Shown in pieces: positions 1 to 64,000 of a DNA stretch of 64,000 bases (position 1 is its first letter; every line of letters begins with the position of its first letter). The notes under the pieces are model-generated. The model saw nothing but the letters and a program-made list of their open reading frames with translations, did no database searches and was not told the origin of the DNA. The stretch lies in contig OY740783.1 in the NCBI GenBank assembly GCA_963514005.1, positions 71,920,001 through 71,984,000 of the forward strand. The letters run 5' to 3'. The position numbers and the translations under genes were made by a program. This DNA comes from Raja brachyura. Lineage: Eukaryota.

Positions 1-68
1 GATATTTGTCAGTAGAAAGTTCTCAAGATTTCTTGTAATTATTTAGATTTTCTCACAATTTCCAACAG

Positions 69-61654
<61,586 letters not shown>

Positions 61655-62486
61655 GTAAGACAAGCTGAATGTAACTGCAGTGTTTTAATTAACAAAGTGA
61701 CCATGGACACTGCAACTAAATATTTGATATGATTATAAGAACTTTCACTTATATGGCATCAAGCAAGCCCTTTTCAGGAGATCAGTGCATTATATAGCAA
61801 ATGAAGTGCTTCTGGAGAGTAGTTACAGTTGTAAAGTTGGCCACACAGCACCAAATATGCACAAAGCAGTTGTTTGAGTTGGTTATAAATGGCCTCAGCA
61901 GGCTCAGGAGCAGAATATGTGGCATAATTGAGCCGTCAGAGCAGTATACATTTTGACATGAACTCAGCCAAACAATGCTGTGAGTATTCCAGACTGTCCG
62001 GACAGCAGAATTGGAGACACGATATAATGCAGATGCTGGAATCTTGAGCAAAATATAAAGTGCTGGAGGAACTCAGCAGGTCAAGCAACACCTGGGGAGG
62101 ACATGAACAGGCAACATTTTGCGTTGAGATCCTTCTACAGACTCAATGATCCCAATCCGAAAAGTCACTTGCCCATTCTCTCCCTGCACAGCGGAATTAT
62201 AGTTTGTTAATGCAAAGCTCTGCTACATTTTCTGTGGGGAAGCTTATACTTGTTCAGTCAGCCAACGCCCTTTGGTTTGTCGTAGTTCTTTAGTTGCAGA
62301 TGGCCCATGAGGCAAAGGCATCATGACTGCTTTTGATATCTGGTTTCAAGCAAGGCTGCACTACCATGATACTTTTCTCTTTTCTGTCTGCAATGTTGCA
62401 CATCACTCTGAACAAACATACTGTGATAATGGAATAATTTTCAGAAATAATGGGGAACAGTTCGACCTTTGGTGACTTGACTCATG

Positions 62487-63232
62487 GGGTGGCTGTGACT
62501 AGTGGGGTGCTGCAAGCCTCGGTGCTGGGACCCCAGTTATTTACAATATATATTAATGATTTAGACGAGGGAATTAAATGTAACATCTCCAAGTTTGCGG
62601 ATGACACAAAGGTAGGTGGCAGTGTGAGCTGCGATGAGGATGCTTTGAGGCTGCAGGGTGACTTGGATAGGTTGGTTGAGTGGGCAGATGCAGTATAATG
62701 TGGATAAATGTGAGGTTATCCACTTTGGTGGCAAGAACAGAGAGGCAGATAATTATCTGAATGGTTTCAGATTAGGAAAAGGGAGATGCAACGAGACCTG
62801 GGTGTCCTTGTACATCAGTCACTGAAAGTAAGCATGCAAGTACAGCAGGCAGTGAAGAAAGTAAAAGGCATGTTGGCCTTCATTGTAAGATGATTTGAGT
62901 TTAGTAACAAGGAGGTCCATGGCGGGGGTACACAAAAGACTGGAGAAACTCAGCGGGTGCAGCAGCATCTAAGGAGCGAAGGAGATAGGCAACGTTTCGG
63001 GTCGAGACCCTTCTTCAGACACTGATATATGAAAGAATGGGTCGACTGGGCTTGTATTCACTGGAATTTAGGATGAGAGGCGATCTCATGGAAACAAATT
63101 CTTAAAGCATTGGACAGGCTAGATGCAAAGGGGTACTGATTTTAGATGATCAGCCATGATAATATCAAATGGCGGTGCTGGCTAGAAGGACTGAATGGCC
63201 TACTCCTTCACCTATATTTCTATGTTTCTATG
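62487..63232 (+). mobile_element. CR1 LINE RT fragment with internal deletions
   Basis: '[39 protein letters not shown]' RT motifs; 3' tail tctatgtttctatg. Confidence 0.9.
62925..63022 (-). mobile_element. young Penelope-derived short element with intact hammerhead core (62991-63018), inserted in CR1
   Basis: Near-identical to 26835-26930; minus strand CTGAAGAAGGGTCTCGACCCGAAACGTT. Confidence 0.75.
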
Positions 63233-64000
63233 ACTCCAGGACCAATGTCATCTGGACCTCAGTGGTCTAGCTCAGAGGATGTTGTATATGCATGTGCTTG
63301 AAGGTCGAGCTGAAAATTATAGTTGACTGGTTTACTGATTAAACAAGAGGGTGTGATTAGCACTCAACCTTTCAAAAGCCCACTGTCCACCTGGCCCCAC
63401 GGCACAACAGTGTAATCCCATAATAGAAATTCATAACAAGATGCTCAAAAATGTGGATCACTTTCCACATCGTGCAAGCCGTCAGATCCCAACGGCAGCC
63501 ATTAATGATTAAATTCATCATTGTGTGCTCAAAACTTCCTTGAAACATCTGGATTTTTTAAAAGAAACAGTGTAATGATCATTTTCTGGATGAGCACAAC
63601 TCCAATTCACAAGAACCTGACATCCACTCTGGGCAAAGTAGCCTGCTGGATTTGTACACCCCGCGATTTAAGGTGCTTAGTCCCTGCAGTGATTGACATT
63701 TACAAAATGCTCAGCAGTTGTCTCCTAGGCCACTCCAACAGTATCTCCTAAATCCGTAACTTCTAACAACAGGGAGTCTAAAGGCAATAGGCACACATGA
63801 AAATACCAGCTGCTTGTTCCCTCCAAGTACCTTACCTACTTATGGAAGATACTTGTGCTGCTGGGTCCAAATCCTGGAATTCCCAACTCCACAGCTTTTT
63901 TAGAGAACTTTCACCAGACAGCATTGGCTCTCCACCATCTTCTCAAGGTCAATTAGTAATGGGCAATAGATGTTGGCCTTGGCACCAATAATTTAATCTT

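Overview
Vertebrate genomic DNA, probably from a cartilaginous fish such as a skate or ray (inferred from HE1-like V-SINEs, abundant CR1 LINEs and Penelope-derived repeats). The whole window lies inside one + strand fibrillin gene. I traced 31 GT-AG exons (69..61654, 3837 nt, 1279 codons, all phase 1, open frame) encoding hybrid-2, cbEGF10, TB3, cbEGF11-22, TB4, cbEGF23-24, TB5, cbEGF25-31 and TB6; start and stop codons lie outside the window. The protein is fibrillin-2-like overall, but diagnostic indels look FBN3-type (the fish 'fbn2b' lineage). Introns hold CR1 fragments, V-SINEs, Penelope-like elements, Harbinger and hAT MITEs, Helitron-like elements and an antisense, decayed epsilon-like endogenous retrovirus (tRNA-His PBS, gag MA, RNase H, IN, env). 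The most unusual observations are: (1) the provirus carries two divergent integrase domains and no detectable CA, PR or RT; (2) a family of short, often palindromic Penelope-derived insertions carries minimal hammerhead-ribozyme cores, some sense to the pre-mRNA; (3) a candidate 27-nt in-frame microexon. No searches were run, so family calls rest on motif recognition and recalled reference sequences.
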